Positions 30,299-41,135 are shown, counted from the first letter of the stretch. The stretch is DNA of 64,000 bases from Gemmatimonadaceae bacterium (GCA_051859245.1 JBHYGA010000001.1:1181722-1245721); one strand, 5' to 3'. Notes: generated by a model from the sequence alone, not told the origin. Made by a program: numbers and translations.

Positions 30299-31866
30299 GC
30301 GCGCGCTTCGCTGGGTTCGCGTCACGTACGAAGCTCCTGATGGGATCATTGGCCGCCGTTGCGCTGATGATCACCGGTGCTGCGGTAATGGAGCGTTCGG
30401 AGTTGGCGGCGCGCGCGGTGACGGGGCCGGAATCGACAATCGGAAGCGCACAAGACACCACACCGCCCGCAATTCCGCGAGAGTTTCGTGGTGTGTGGGT
30501 TGCGACCGTGGCGAATATCGACTGGCCGAGCAAGCCGGGTTTGCCGGTGGCGCAGCAGCAAGCGGAGCTGCTCACAATTCTCGACCGCGCGGCCGAGCTG
30601 AATCTCAACGCCGTGTTGTTTCAGGTGCGCCCGCATGCGGACGCGTTGTACAAGTCTGATATTGAGCCGTGGTCCGAGTATCTGACGGGTACGCAGGGGC
30701 AGGCGCCGAGTCCGATGTGGGATCCGCTTGAGTTCGCGGTGCGCGAATCACACGCGCGTGGACTTGAACTGCACGCCTGGTTCAATCCGTATCGCGCACG
30801 CAATGATGCATCCAAGAGTCCCGTCGCGCGCAACCACATTTCGCGTACGAACCCCACCTTGGTCAAACCGTACGGCCGCTTTCTGTGGATGGATCCTGGC
30901 GAGCCGCTCGTGCGTCGACGCACGCTGCGTGTCGTGCTCGACGTGGTGAAGCGATACGACATCGACGGCGTGCACATTGATGACTACTTCTATCCGTATC
31001 CGATTGCGCGCGCGCGTGGGCGCGGCGATCTGCCATTTCCGGATGACGCGAGCTGGAACAAGTATCGCGCCGCTAAGGGAAAACTCAGTCGTGACGATTG
31101 GCGCCGCGAAAATGTGAACACGCTCGTGCGCGAGTTGGCCGAAGGTATTCGCGCGGAAAAACCATGGGTGAAGTTTGGTATCAGTCCGTTTGGCATCTGG
31201 CGTCCTGGTTCACCGCCAAGTGTGCGAGGCTTTGACGCGTACGAGAAATTGTACGCCGACGCGAGAAAGTGGCTCAATGAAGGGTGGGGCGACTATTTCT
31301 CGCCGCAGCTCTATTGGCCGACGTACAAAGACGGGCAGAAATATCCGGTGCTGCTGGAGTGGTGGACCGCCGAAAACACCAAGCGGCGACACATGTGGCC
31401 CGGCAACTTCACGTCGCGTGCCGGCGCCACGGGAACGGGCTCGTTCTCCGTATCAGAGTTGCTGGAGCAAATCGCCGAAACGCGGCGCAATCCGGGATCA
31501 TCAGGCAACGTGCATTTTTCCATGCGCTCATTCGTAAAGAATCAATCGGGCATGAATGACACGCTGCTGCTGGCCCCCTACCGACACGCGGCACTTGTGC
31601 CGGCATCGCCATGGATGAAGGCGCCGCCGCCACCGTCCCCGCGCGTGTGGCTGGGCCGCGATACGAGAGGTCGTCGGATTGTTGAACTGACCACGGTGAC
31701 CGGTGAGCGGCCGTGGCTCTGGGTGGTGCGCACGCGTACGTCGCGCGGATGGCAAACCGATGTGATGCCGGGCGTACAGACCACATGGACCGCTGCGGGA
31801 ACAACAGATCCGCTCGACGTGGTGGTCTCAACGGTGAATCGGATTGGCGAGGAACGCACACAATGA
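30295..31866 (+). CDS. glycosyl hydrolase-like 10 (YddW/DigH family), exported
   Basis: EFRGVWVATVANIDWPS, LHAWFNPYR, YDIDGVHIDDYFYPY, PQLYW. Confidence 0.92.
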   Translation: MSARFAGFASRTKLLMGSLAAVALMITGAAVMERSELAARAVTGPESTIGSAQDTTPPAIPREFRGVWVATVANIDWPSKPGLPVAQQQAELLTILDRAAELNLNAVLFQVRPHADALYKSDIEPWSEYLTGTQGQAPSPMWDPLEFAVRESHARGLELHAWFNPYRARNDASKSPVARNHISRTNPTLVKPYGRFLWMDPGEPLVRRRTLRVVLDVVKRYDIDGVHIDDYFYPYPIARARGRGDLPFPDDASWNKYRAAKGKLSRDDWRRENVNTLVRELAEGIRAEKPWVKFGISPFGIWRPGSPPSVRGFDAYEKLYADARKWLNEGWGDYFSPQLYWPTYKDGQKYPVLLEWWTAENTKRRHMWPGNFTSRAGATGTGSFSVSELLEQIAETRRNPGSSGNVHFSMRSFVKNQSGMNDTLLLAPYRHAALVPASPWMKAPPPPSPRVWLGRDTRGRRIVELTTVTGERPWLWVVRTRTSRGWQTDVMPGVQTTWTAAGTTDPLDVVVSTVNRIGEERTQ

Positions 31867-32273
31867 CGGCACGTCGACAGTTCTTTTACGCAGAGACAAG
31901 CGGCATACGCATCACGGTGCGTCCGTCTTTTCTGTCTGAACAATCCAGTCCGGTGCTCGGGCAGTATGTCTTTGCGTACCACATTCGCATTGAGAATGTG
32001 GGCACCGCGGCGGCGCAACTGCGCACGCGTCACTGGCGCATTCACGATCCGGTGGGCGGCGACAGCGTTGTTGAAGGCGAAGGCGTGGTGGGCGAGCAGC
32101 CGCATTTGCTGCCCGGTGAGGTGCATGAGTACCGCAGTTTTTGCGTGCTCAAAGCACCGCACGGATGGATGGAAGGCAACTACCGGTTTGTGCGTGAAGA
32201 TGGTGAAGCGTTTCGCGCACAGATTCCACGTTTCGATCTAGACGCCGAGCCGCGCCCCGACACCGTGAGCTGA
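31863..32273 (+). CDS. apaG: ApaG
   Basis: YVFAYHIRIEN, QLRTRHWRI, VEGEGVVGEQP. Confidence 0.95.
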   Translation: MTARRQFFYAETSGIRITVRPSFLSEQSSPVLGQYVFAYHIRIENVGTAAAQLRTRHWRIHDPVGGDSVVEGEGVVGEQPHLLPGEVHEYRSFCVLKAPHGWMEGNYRFVREDGEAFRAQIPRFDLDAEPRPDTVS

Positions 32274-33587
32274 GACCGGCACTTCGGTCGCAACCGCGCG
32301 CGTCAGTTCGTCGAACACGTCGCTGGGTAGCACGTCGCGCACCACCAGTGCCATCAAACCCGCCAGCGCGGGTTCGGCGATTGGATCCAGATCCGGCGAC
32401 GCGTTGTTCTTTGCGTCACCCGTGTCCAGTGCGTTCTCGCTGCGCATCATTTGCAGCAGCGGACCGGCGGCCGCATCACGTTCGGCTTCGCGATTGGCAC
32501 GTACCATGGCTTCACCAAGCGCACGATCGGCACGTGCGAATGCCGTGGAGGCGCTGTGCTCTCGCCACGTTTGCACGACACGCGCGTGCGCGTCCGGTGT
32601 GAGCGCCGCGAGTGCGCGCAGATAGTCACGAACAGCCGCCGTTTGCGGGCCGTACGGTTGCGCGTCGGGGGCCAGCCGCTCGTAGCCGAGCTTTCGCAGA
32701 CCGAGGCGCAGATGTGGCACGTCCGGGCTCCACCCCATGCCGCGCAGCGCCTCGATCCGAATGCGCTGGTTGGAGCGCACCGGCGGGCTCACCACGTCCG
32801 AATCGGCTGGCGGGACAAATGCGCGTCCATCGGCTTGTGCCACCAGACGCGCCGCTTCGGCCACCGTGAGCGGGGTGCCATCCGCTACGTTGAGCACGTT
32901 CGGCACCGGTTCGTTTCGCAGCGCGGCGTGGGTCCAGAACTGGATGGCGCTGATGACGTCATCGCGCCAGGCGAGATTGAGCCACTGCGCGGACCGTCCG
33001 GCGAGTGACTGCGCATCGCGGTACCGGGCGGCAGGATCGCGGCCGGGGCCGTACAGCCCGGTCACACGAAACACGCCAACGGTCATCACGTCACTCGGCG
33101 CGGCGAGCGCCGTGTCTTCGGCCTGACAGAGTGCGTCGTGCGCCGCACCCTCGCCCGTGCGCGGCGAGTGTTCAAACACCTCGCGGCCGTCCGTGTAGCC
33201 GTAGACGCCCGTGCTGGAGACCCAGGCGAGTACGCGGGCCCCAGACGCGCGGGCGAGGGCCACCGAAGCGCTCGCAGCCGCAGGGTATGTGCTGGTATGG
33301 TCATCGCCCTGCGCGCGGTCAGGCGCGACGGCAGCCACCACCACATCGAACGTGAGAGGTACGATGGTGGCTGGCCACGCGGCTCGCACAGCCTCTTCGT
33401 GTGCGCCGGCTACGGCGGCCAGATCAAACGCGACGGCGTGGCCGCCAGCAACCGGCGCGTGATCGCGGCGACGCACGGTGGTGACCACGGCGCCTTGCGC
33501 TGCCCAGGACTCGCCGAGCGGCCGACCCAGCCATCCGGCACCCAGAATGAGAACGCGGAGCGGCGACGATGGCGTAGAGGGGTTCAT
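32238..33587 (-). CDS. atypical SDR / NAD-dependent epimerase (YeeZ-like) with extra C-terminal helical domain
   Basis: [23 protein letters not shown]; ~140 aa extra C-terminal region. Confidence 0.8.
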   Translation of the reverse strand: MNPSTPSSPLRVLILGAGWLGRPLGESWAAQGAVVTTVRRRDHAPVAGGHAVAFDLAAVAGAHEEAVRAAWPATIVPLTFDVVVAAVAPDRAQGDDHTSTYPAAASASVALARASGARVLAWVSSTGVYGYTDGREVFEHSPRTGEGAAHDALCQAEDTALAAPSDVMTVGVFRVTGLYGPGRDPAARYRDAQSLAGRSAQWLNLAWRDDVISAIQFWTHAALRNEPVPNVLNVADGTPLTVAEAARLVAQADGRAFVPPADSDVVSPPVRSNQRIRIEALRGMGWSPDVPHLRLGLRKLGYERLAPDAQPYGPQTAAVRDYLRALAALTPDAHARVVQTWREHSASTAFARADRALGEAMVRANREAERDAAAGPLLQMMRSENALDTGDAKNNASPDLDPIAEPALAGLMALVVRDVLPSDVFDELTRAVATEVPVSAHGVGARLGV

Positions 33588-33676
33588 ACCGCGTAGATTA
33601 CAAGGTTGCCCGGGAGTCGTGCACTCCCACCGGGCCCATTGGCGGGCCGCACGTTTCAGGACTACCCAGGAATTTC

Positions 33677-33898
33677 ATGAGTAAGCAGGACGCGATCGAA
33701 CTTGAAGGAACAGTCACCGAATTGCTGCCCAACGCGACGTTTCGCGTCACGGTGCAGAGCGGACACGAAGTGCTGACGACACTCGCGGGCAATATGCGCC
33801 GCAATCGTATTCGTGTGCTCGCCGGAGACCGTGTGACGGTTGAAGTGTCGCCGTACGATCTCACGCGCGGCCGCATCACCTTCCGCCACAAGAACTGA
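33677..33898 (+). CDS. infA: translation initiation factor IF-1
   Basis: [24 protein letters not shown]...[18 protein letters not shown]. Confidence 0.98.
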   Translation: MSKQDAIELEGTVTELLPNATFRVTVQSGHEVLTTLAGNMRRNRIRVLAGDRVTVEVSPYDLTRGRITFRHKN

Positions 33899-33900
33899 CG

Positions 33901-34839
33901 TCAGTCGCGTTCGCGCTCGCTGACGTCAAGCGGCGAGCTGCTTTCCAGCAACAGTTCCTGCGGGATGCCGTACTGCACCTCGAATCCCAGCGGATTGGTG
34001 CGTGCCGGTGCGGATGGCGTGGAATGAAGCCCCGGCTCGACCAGTCCTTCCATGCGAATGGCGTAGGCACTCGGTGATCGCATCGGCTCATGCGGCGCAT
34101 CATCGATCAGATCGAACGCGTCGTCGTCGAGAATCGCCGGGAATACATCGGCTGTGCTGTCAGCGTTGTTCGTCTCGACGTACTCTGTGTTGACGTAGTC
34201 CGTGTGCTCCGATTGCACTCGCGACGCGCTCACCATGGCGAACAGCGGATCCAGACGCGTCGGATCTTCACCAGCGTCCACGAGCAGCGCGTGAAGACGC
34301 AGCAGCGCCGGTTCGGCAGCGGATGGACGTCCGGAGGCCAGGGCAATGCGCGCCTGATTCTCGAGCACCGTAATCAGGCGCATGTCTTCGTCGCCGTAGC
34401 GCCACTCCAGTGACGCCCGCGCGACGCTCAGCGTGGCCTCGGCCTCCTCGTGGGCACCGCTGGCCGCGAGATACACGGCCAGATCCGAACGAATGCGTGC
34501 CATGGGCGCGTCGCCTTCATCGTCGCACGAAAGCATGCGAGCCGCGAGGGCTCGACGTGCCGACTGAATCGCGGCCTCCGTGTCACCAAGCCGGAACTGC
34601 GACTGTGCGAGATTGCCAAGCAGTACCGCGTGCACCAAGGGCGCTTCCGTGTATCCCGGTGCGAGCTCGAGCGCCTCACGAAAACGCGCGTGTGCGTGCT
34701 CCCACGACGCTTGCGCGCCGAATGAGATACCGTCTTCATTCGCGTGTTCCCAGTTGCGGGCGAGCAGCGGATCGGACGCGTGGGAAATTTCGTGGTTCAT
34801 CATGGCACCGGGATGACGCCTGCGTGTGTCTGGCGTCAC
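33901..34839 (-). CDS. TPR-repeat protein (start uncertain)
   Basis: LGNLAQSQFRLG..AAIQSARRAL, DLAVYLAASG..EAE repeats; acidic tail. Confidence 0.7.
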   Translation of the reverse strand: MTPDTRRRHPGAMMNHEISHASDPLLARNWEHANEDGISFGAQASWEHAHARFREALELAPGYTEAPLVHAVLLGNLAQSQFRLGDTEAAIQSARRALAARMLSCDDEGDAPMARIRSDLAVYLAASGAHEEAEATLSVARASLEWRYGDEDMRLITVLENQARIALASGRPSAAEPALLRLHALLVDAGEDPTRLDPLFAMVSASRVQSEHTDYVNTEYVETNNADSTADVFPAILDDDAFDLIDDAPHEPMRSPSAYAIRMEGLVEPGLHSTPSAPARTNPLGFEVQYGIPQELLLESSSPLDVSERERD

Positions 34840-34921
34840 CCAGCGTCACACTCCCGGCATTGTGCGCCCGTCGTAACGGTCCTGACCATTCTGCCCCTAC
34901 TGGCGCGAGCACCGGCACTCC

Positions 34922-35764
34922 ATGCATGATGGTGGTATGTCAGTCGCTGCCGATCTCCGTACGTTGCAACGCACGCTCCTCGCTGGCGCGCTGATTGCGC
35001 TGTGTAGCGCGTGCAGTGGAGAGTCCGGGGAAGAGGGCGTTGGTTTGCCCAAGAATCCGGAGGATCGCGCAGCGGCGGCTGAGCGCGGCGACTCCATCGC
35101 CCGGCTGATTCTCGCGGAACAGGCGATCGCCGATACGCTGGCTCGTGTTGCGGCCGGTGAGCTTGATCCGTCGGCGCTCGCGCGCGTTGGCTCGGCGGCG
35201 CTGAATGAGCCCGTGGCCATGGATACCAGTCTGCTGGCGGCGCCAACCGCACCGCGCGGTACGGGCGACGCGATGACGATGCGTGCAACAGCGCGCGGAG
35301 ATTCCCTCGCGCGTGCTGCGGCAATGCGTCAAGCCGAACGCGACGCGGCGAATGCAGGACGCGCGACCGCTGACTCACTGCGCGGTATTGTGATGGGACC
35401 GGATGTCGCCGGTGGCGCGCCGCTCTCGCTGAGCACACCGATGTCGTCGAATCCCGTGACGTTGAGCGGTATGGCGACCGCCGAGTTGGCGCGACTCGAA
35501 GGCATGGAAGTCGTGGTGCGCGGTGTGCGGACAAACGCGCGCGATCTCGTGGTGAGCACCTTTGCGGTGCGCAGCTACAACGGCGCACCGGTTGCGGATG
35601 GCATACTGCAGAACGACAACGGTGCGTGGTCCTTGCAGTTGACCGGCGGCGGACGATTGCCGCTGGCGCGCGTCCCGTTTGATTTGCAGCCGTACACCGG
35701 ATCGCGCGTGTGGTTAACCACGAGCGGTCCGGCGAAACACGGTGTGATTACGCGTCGGCGATAG
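34922..35764 (+). CDS. hypothetical lipoprotein
   Basis: Hydrophobic leader ending LCSAC lipobox-like motif. Confidence 0.65.
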   Translation: MHDGGMSVAADLRTLQRTLLAGALIALCSACSGESGEEGVGLPKNPEDRAAAAERGDSIARLILAEQAIADTLARVAAGELDPSALARVGSAALNEPVAMDTSLLAAPTAPRGTGDAMTMRATARGDSLARAAAMRQAERDAANAGRATADSLRGIVMGPDVAGGAPLSLSTPMSSNPVTLSGMATAELARLEGMEVVVRGVRTNARDLVVSTFAVRSYNGAPVADGILQNDNGAWSLQLTGGGRLPLARVPFDLQPYTGSRVWLTTSGPAKHGVITRRR

Positions 35765-35835
35765 CGCTACGCGACTGAGCGAGGTTTTCGCGCGGCATTC
35801 GACGTTCGCCGCGCGAGTCGCTGTCTACGCGAACA

Positions 35836-38562
35836 TCAGGCGTCGCGCAGCACCGCCATTGGTGTTTCGCGGTGCACATCTCGGCTGGTGAGCAAACCGA
35901 TGCCCACGGTGAGTGTGACCATCGCACCAATGATCGCGGCGGCCGCGCCCCAGGCCGGCACGAACGTGCCGTCAAACACCCAACGCATCAGTGCCCACGC
36001 ACCACCAAAGGCGAGCAGCATGCCGGTGAATGCGCCGAGTACGCCAAGGGCCGCGTACTCGGTAAACAACACGCGCTGAACCAGTGCACGTGACGCGCCG
36101 AGCGTGCGCAATAGGACACCTTCACGAAGTCGCGCGCGACGCGTTGCTGCAACCGCGCTGAAGAGCACCGGCACGCCGATCGCCAGACAGAACACACCAA
36201 GGAATCGAATCGCAACCGTCACGCGATCCACGATGCTGCCGATCGTGTTGCGAATGACGGACAAATCGAGACTCAACACATTGGGAAAGCGACGCACGGC
36301 ATCGCGCTGAATGCGCGCCAATGTGGTTTGATCGGCGACGTCGGCAATCACCACGAACTGCTGGGGAGCGGCGCGCAGCGCTTCTGGCGCGAACACTGCA
36401 AAGAAGTTGGTCTCGAAGCGTGCCCAGTTCACTTCGCGAATGCTGGTGACCACGCTACGCACGCGCACACCTTGTACGTCCCACACGAGGGTGTCGCCAA
36501 TGCCGGCTTGCAGGTCGTCCGCCAACCCCTGTTCCAGGGAGACTTCGTAAGGACCATCTGCGCCGCGACGTCGTTCGCGCTCCACTGGATCCGCCGTCCA
36601 CGTTCCCTTGAGCAGCTTCTCAGACGGGGACAGTGAGTCGCGATAGGACGAGCGATATTCTCGGCGCAGCGTCCAGTTCGCGCGATCCACGGTGGTGTCA
36701 CGGAGCAATGATTGTGCGCTTTGCGAGTTCAAGCCGGCCAGTCGCATGGTCACAATCGGTGTGCGCTCAACAATCGGCGCTCCGCCAGCGGTAATCAGCG
36801 TGTCGAGCGCGTTGATCTGATCATCCTGCACATCAAAGAAAAGTAGATTACCGGCCGCCGCTGAGTCGGCGATTTCAAAGCGACGCAGCAGGTTACTCTG
36901 CACGAGGTACACGGTCGACAGCAGGAACGCACCGAACCCGAGGGCGAGTGTCACGGCGCGCGTCTGATTCGCGGGGCGATACAGATTCGCGATGCCCTGT
37001 CGCAGCGCGAACGGCCAGCTCGGACGCACACTCTTGCGCGCGACACGAATGAGGACCGTTGCCGCAGCCCAGAGTACGAGCACCGCGAGTGTAATGCCGA
37101 GCGACACGAAGAGTCCTTCGGTCACGGCGCCGGTGCGCGCAATGGCGATGCCAACAATGCTCGCTACTAACAGAATATCCACCGTGAGGCGCGCCGGATC
37201 CTTCCACTCGCGAGGCAGGGCGTTTTCGTCTGTTGCGCGGCGCAGCGCCTGCAATGGCGAAACACGTCGCAGTGCGAGCAACGGACGCAGTGCGAACACC
37301 AGTGCCACCCAGATTCCAATGGCCAGTCCGAGTGCGATCGCACGCCACTCCAGCGTTGGTGCAACATCGAGCGGCAGGAACTCACTGACGGCGCCAGGCA
37401 GTGCAAACTGAATGGCGATGCCAAGCGCGGTACCAGCGGCTGCACCGGCCAGTCCCATGACGAACGCTTGCAGCACGTAGAGCGTGAGCACCTGTTTACT
37501 GCTCGCGCCGAGACATCGCAGCACGGCCACCGTGTCAATCTTGGATACCACGAACGCGTGAATGCCGCTGGCCACACCAATGCCGCCGAGTAGCAGCGCG
37601 ATCAGTCCGATCACGGAGAGAAAATCGGCCAGTCGCGCGACGGCTTCAGTAAAATCTTCTTCGGTGTCGGCAACGGTTCGCACACGTACGCGCGCCGGAA
37701 CCGCGGCCGGTAAACCGGTGGCCGTATCAACGCCGACGGAATCATCAAGGCGTTCGCCACCGCCGAGTGCGCCGGCGGCGCGCTCCTGCGACGATTCTTC
37801 GGCCACACGATCAGCATTGCGCGGATCAATGCGGCGTCGAAGTGCACGCGCAAGATCATTGCCAGCGCGTGTGCCGTTGGCGCCGTCGGGCAATCGCAGC
37901 ACGACTTCATATTCGGCGCGGCTACCCACTTGCAGCAGTCCCATTGCTTCAAGCCAGCGCGCCGACACGAACACACGTGGTCCGATTACCGACGTGATAC
38001 CGGCGTCACCTGGCACATTGCCAAGTGCAGCGGCAATGACAAACATCTGCTGCCCGAGGCGCATGGAATCGCCCACCTGCGCGTCGAGCGACACGAGCAG
38101 CGCCGGATCCACAAACACCACGGGCCGATCGCCGTGTGCGGTGGCCCAAAGATTGGCGGGCTGCGTTTCAATGGTGCCGTAGAATGGATACCCATCACTC
38201 ACGGCGCGCACTTGCACGAGTCGCGTGTTGCCGCTGGAGGCGAGCGCCATCGATGCGAACGACGTCACACTGGCGTTGCGTGTGCCGGCGTTCACCAGTG
38301 AGTCGAGCACGGTATCCGCCACCGGCGGCAGCGACGCGCGCGATGACAGCTGCAGATCGCCGCCGAGCAACGCGCGGGATTGTTCGCGAATGGAACGTGT
38401 AACGTTGCCCGCGAATGAATCGATCGCCACGAGCGCGGCCACACCGAGTGCAATCGACGACATGTAGAGCGCCAGTCGGCGCCTTGCGGTGCGACTCTCG
38501 CGCCAGGCGAGCCGCAGGAGCGTGGTGAGTCGAAGCCCTTGTGGTGCGCTTCCTGTACTCAT
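35836..38562 (-). CDS. ABC transporter permease, YbbP/FtsX family
   Basis: LAWRESR, LGGDL, two FtsX-type TM halves, LRTLGAS. Confidence 0.92.
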   Translation of the reverse strand: MSTGSAPQGLRLTTLLRLAWRESRTARRRLALYMSSIALGVAALVAIDSFAGNVTRSIREQSRALLGGDLQLSSRASLPPVADTVLDSLVNAGTRNASVTSFASMALASSGNTRLVQVRAVSDGYPFYGTIETQPANLWATAHGDRPVVFVDPALLVSLDAQVGDSMRLGQQMFVIAAALGNVPGDAGITSVIGPRVFVSARWLEAMGLLQVGSRAEYEVVLRLPDGANGTRAGNDLARALRRRIDPRNADRVAEESSQERAAGALGGGERLDDSVGVDTATGLPAAVPARVRVRTVADTEEDFTEAVARLADFLSVIGLIALLLGGIGVASGIHAFVVSKIDTVAVLRCLGASSKQVLTLYVLQAFVMGLAGAAAGTALGIAIQFALPGAVSEFLPLDVAPTLEWRAIALGLAIGIWVALVFALRPLLALRRVSPLQALRRATDENALPREWKDPARLTVDILLVASIVGIAIARTGAVTEGLFVSLGITLAVLVLWAAATVLIRVARKSVRPSWPFALRQGIANLYRPANQTRAVTLALGFGAFLLSTVYLVQSNLLRRFEIADSAAAGNLLFFDVQDDQINALDTLITAGGAPIVERTPIVTMRLAGLNSQSAQSLLRDTTVDRANWTLRREYRSSYRDSLSPSEKLLKGTWTADPVERERRRGADGPYEVSLEQGLADDLQAGIGDTLVWDVQGVRVRSVVTSIREVNWARFETNFFAVFAPEALRAAPQQFVVIADVADQTTLARIQRDAVRRFPNVLSLDLSVIRNTIGSIVDRVTVAIRFLGVFCLAIGVPVLFSAVAATRRARLREGVLLRTLGASRALVQRVLFTEYAALGVLGAFTGMLLAFGGAWALMRWVFDGTFVPAWGAAAAIIGAMVTLTVGIGLLTSRDVHRETPMAVLRDA

Positions 38563-39254
38563 GCCGCGACCGTGGCGCGTGTGATGTCCTGCACCACATG
38601 TCCGTCGGCCAGGCGAATCGTGCGCTGCGTCCGTTCTGCGAGCGATGCGTCGTGTGTCACAAGCACCACGGTGGTGCCGCGTTCGCGATTGAGTTCTTCA
38701 ATGAGCTCGACGATTTTTGAGCCGGTGGTGCCGTCAAGATTGCCGGTGGGTTCGTCGGCGAAGAGAATGGCCGGCGCGTTGACGAATGCCCGGGCGAGTG
38801 CGACGCGCTGCTGCTCACCACCGGACAGCTGCGTGGGGAAGTGATGGCTGCGGCCGTGCAGTCCCACACGGTCAAGCAGTGTGCGCGCTCGTGCAGCGGC
38901 TTCGGAGGTGCTCACCTCACCGCGCAATTCGAGCGGCACCTGCACATTTTCCAGTGCGGTGAGCGTTGGGATCAGCTGGAAGCTCTGAAAGACAAAGCCC
39001 ACCTTTTCGCCGCGCAGTGCGGCGCGTGCATCTTCCCCTAACGCGCCCATATCGGCACCATCAAGCAACACGGTACCCCGTGATGGGGTATCGAGTCCGG
39101 CGAGCAGGCCGAGCAGTGTTGTCTTGCCGCTACCCGAAGGTCCCACGATTGATACGTAGGCGCCGCGCGGAATCTCGAAGGAGACTTCGTGCAGCACGGT
39201 GAGCGGTTTGTCACCGCTTGAATAATCCTTGGATAATCCGCGAGCTACGAGCAT
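38559..39254 (-). CDS. ABC transporter ATP-binding protein, YbbA/LolD-like
   Basis: GPSGSGKTT, GFVFQSF, LSGGEQQR, LFADEPTGNLD, LVTHD. Confidence 0.95.
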   Translation of the reverse strand: MLVARGLSKDYSSGDKPLTVLHEVSFEIPRGAYVSIVGPSGSGKTTLLGLLAGLDTPSRGTVLLDGADMGALGEDARAALRGEKVGFVFQSFQLIPTLTALENVQVPLELRGEVSTSEAAARARTLLDRVGLHGRSHHFPTQLSGGEQQRVALARAFVNAPAILFADEPTGNLDGTTGSKIVELIEELNRERGTTVVLVTHDASLAERTQRTIRLADGHVVQDITRATVAA

Positions 39255-39999
39255 GCGTCTGGAGTCAAAGAAGCGAACGAAATGGATTGGGCCTGCGGTG
39301 CTGCTGTGGGCACTGACGGCGTGCGGCGGGAGTGCGCCACGAGATGCAGCGGAATCAACTGAGGGGGCACCGGTTGCGGCAACCGCTGAGGCAAATGCTT
39401 CCGCGAACACTGATCGTACGGCGGGACCCCGCGTGGTGATTCTGGGAACGAGTTTGACGGCGGGCCTGGGACTTGATCCCGACAGTGCGTGGCCTGCGCT
39501 GGTGCAACGCCTGGCGGACAGTGCAGGTGTCCGCGTGCGCATCGCGGCGGCCGGCTTGAGCGGTGAAACGTCGGCCGGGGCGCTGCGTCGCGCGGATTGG
39601 GTGTTGACGGAGCCGGCCGATGTGGTGGTGCTCGAAGTGGGGGCCAACGACGGGCTGCGCGGTGTGGATCCGGACACCACGCACGCCACGCTCGTGGCGC
39701 TGATTGGTCGCGTGCGTGAGAAACAGCCGGCGGCGAGCATCGCGCTGGTACAAATGGAGGCGCCGCCAAACCTCGGCGCGGACTATACGCAGCGGTTTCA
39801 CAACGCCTATGTGGAGGCGGCCGCGGCCACGGGCATTCCGCTATTGCCGTTTCTGCTCGACGGCGTGGCGGGCGACCCGCAGCTGAATCAGGGAGACGGC
39901 ATTCACCCGAACGAGCGTGGCTCGCTGCGCGTGGCGGACAATATGTGGAAGGTGCTGAGACCGCTCATTGAGGTTGCCCCCACGGCGCAGCTCCGGTAA
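39253..39999 (+). CDS. SGNH/GDSL arylesterase (TesA-like) lipoprotein
   Basis: LTAC lipobox, GTSLTAG, GANDGLRG, DGIHPN. Confidence 0.92.
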   Translation: MRLESKKRTKWIGPAVLLWALTACGGSAPRDAAESTEGAPVAATAEANASANTDRTAGPRVVILGTSLTAGLGLDPDSAWPALVQRLADSAGVRVRIAAAGLSGETSAGALRRADWVLTEPADVVVLEVGANDGLRGVDPDTTHATLVALIGRVREKQPAASIALVQMEAPPNLGADYTQRFHNAYVEAAAATGIPLLPFLLDGVAGDPQLNQGDGIHPNERGSLRVADNMWKVLRPLIEVAPTAQLR

Positions 40000-40053
40000 T
40001 CTTCAGGGCTACTGGTTTCTACCCCGATTTTTCATTCGTAACTGACGGTTATT

Positions 40054-40620
40054 ATGGCGCTTACGGCAACCCAGATTCGCCGCGGCATGGTGCTCGTGTT
40101 CGAGGGCGACCCGTGTCGCATTATCGAGTTCCGGCATCACACGCCCGGCAACCTGCGCGCAATGGTGCAGGCCAAGCTCAAGAACCTGCGCACAGGCAGC
40201 TCGTTCGATCATCGCTTCCGCGCCGCGGACACGATCGAAAAGGCGTCCATGGAAACGCGCGAGCTTGAGTTCCTGTACCAGGGCGGCGACTCGTATCATT
40301 TCATGAACTCGGCCGACTACGATCAGTTCGAACTCGATGAAGAAGCGCTCGGTGATTCGGCGCCGTGGATGCAGCCGGGCATGAAGATTCTGGCGGAATA
40401 CTACGACGGCAAGCCGATCGGTATTCAGCTGCCGAACTCGCTGACGCTGACGATTGTCGAGACCGCGCCGGTGGTGCGTGGCGCCACGAAAACGGCGTCG
40501 TCGAAGCCGGCGAAGCTTGAGAACGGCGTCACGGTGAACGTGCCAGAGTTCGTGGCCGAGGGCACACGCGTGCGTGTGAATCCGGCCACGGGTGAGTATC
40601 TCGATCGCGCCAAGGACTGA
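40054..40620 (+). CDS. efp: elongation factor P (PGN loop variant)
   Basis: HHTPGNLRAMVQ, KLKNLRTG, KPAKLENG, VPEF, TGEYLDR. Confidence 0.97.
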   Translation: MALTATQIRRGMVLVFEGDPCRIIEFRHHTPGNLRAMVQAKLKNLRTGSSFDHRFRAADTIEKASMETRELEFLYQGGDSYHFMNSADYDQFELDEEALGDSAPWMQPGMKILAEYYDGKPIGIQLPNSLTLTIVETAPVVRGATKTASSKPAKLENGVTVNVPEFVAEGTRVRVNPATGEYLDRAKD

Positions 40621-40683
40621 CGCATCGGTTGTGGAGAGCCGGTGTATCGCAGAGCGGCGTGTAAACGTCATGCGTTACACGCC

Positions 40684-40712
40684 TTGAATCAGACGCACCG
40701 GGATGTTACACT
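40684..40712 (+). promoter_or_regulatory. sigma70 promoter of tRNA operon
   Basis: TTGAAT-17 bp-TACACT with TGn extension. Confidence 0.8.
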
Positions 40713-40783
40713 TTTGGGCTCTGGTGCACGTGCAGCGAAAGTGCTGAGGCGTGAAACGGTGAGGACCTCGCGCAAGCGAGCAT

Positions 40784-40858
40784 GGTGGCCGTAGCTCAAT
40801 CGGTTAGAGCACCGGATTGTGGTTCCGGGGGTTGCGGGTTCAATTCCCGTCGGTCACC
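40784..40858 (+). tRNA. tRNA-His(GUG)
   Basis: G-1 plus GTGGCCG/CGGTCAC stem, loop TT-GTG-GT, C discriminator. Confidence 0.96.
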
Positions 40859-40888
40859 CTGGCAGTTCGCGGCCTGTGTGTCGCGTCT

Positions 40889-40961
40889 AGGTCCGTAGCT
40901 CAATTGGTAGAGCACCGGTCTCCAAAACCGGCGGTTGGGGGTTCGATTCCCTCCGGGCCTG
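40889..40961 (+). tRNA. tRNA-Trp(CCA)
   Basis: AGGTCCG/CGGGCCT stem, loop CT-CCA-AA. Confidence 0.96.
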
Positions 40962-41006
40962 TACCGGTGTATATTGGTAGGCTTGGCAGTTTTGCGGGTG
41001 CTGTTT

Positions 41007-41079
41007 GGCGGTATCGTCTAGGGGACTAGGACACGGCCCTCTCAAGGCTGGAACACGGGTTCGAATCCCGTTACCGCTA
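41007..41079 (+). tRNA. tRNA-Glu(CUC)
   Basis: GGCGGTA/TACCGCT stem, loop CT-CTC-AA. Confidence 0.95.
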
Positions 41080-41135
41080 TGCTAGAAGGCTATGCAGGAA
41101 GGTGGGTCGGACAGATTGGCGACACCGCCGCGATT

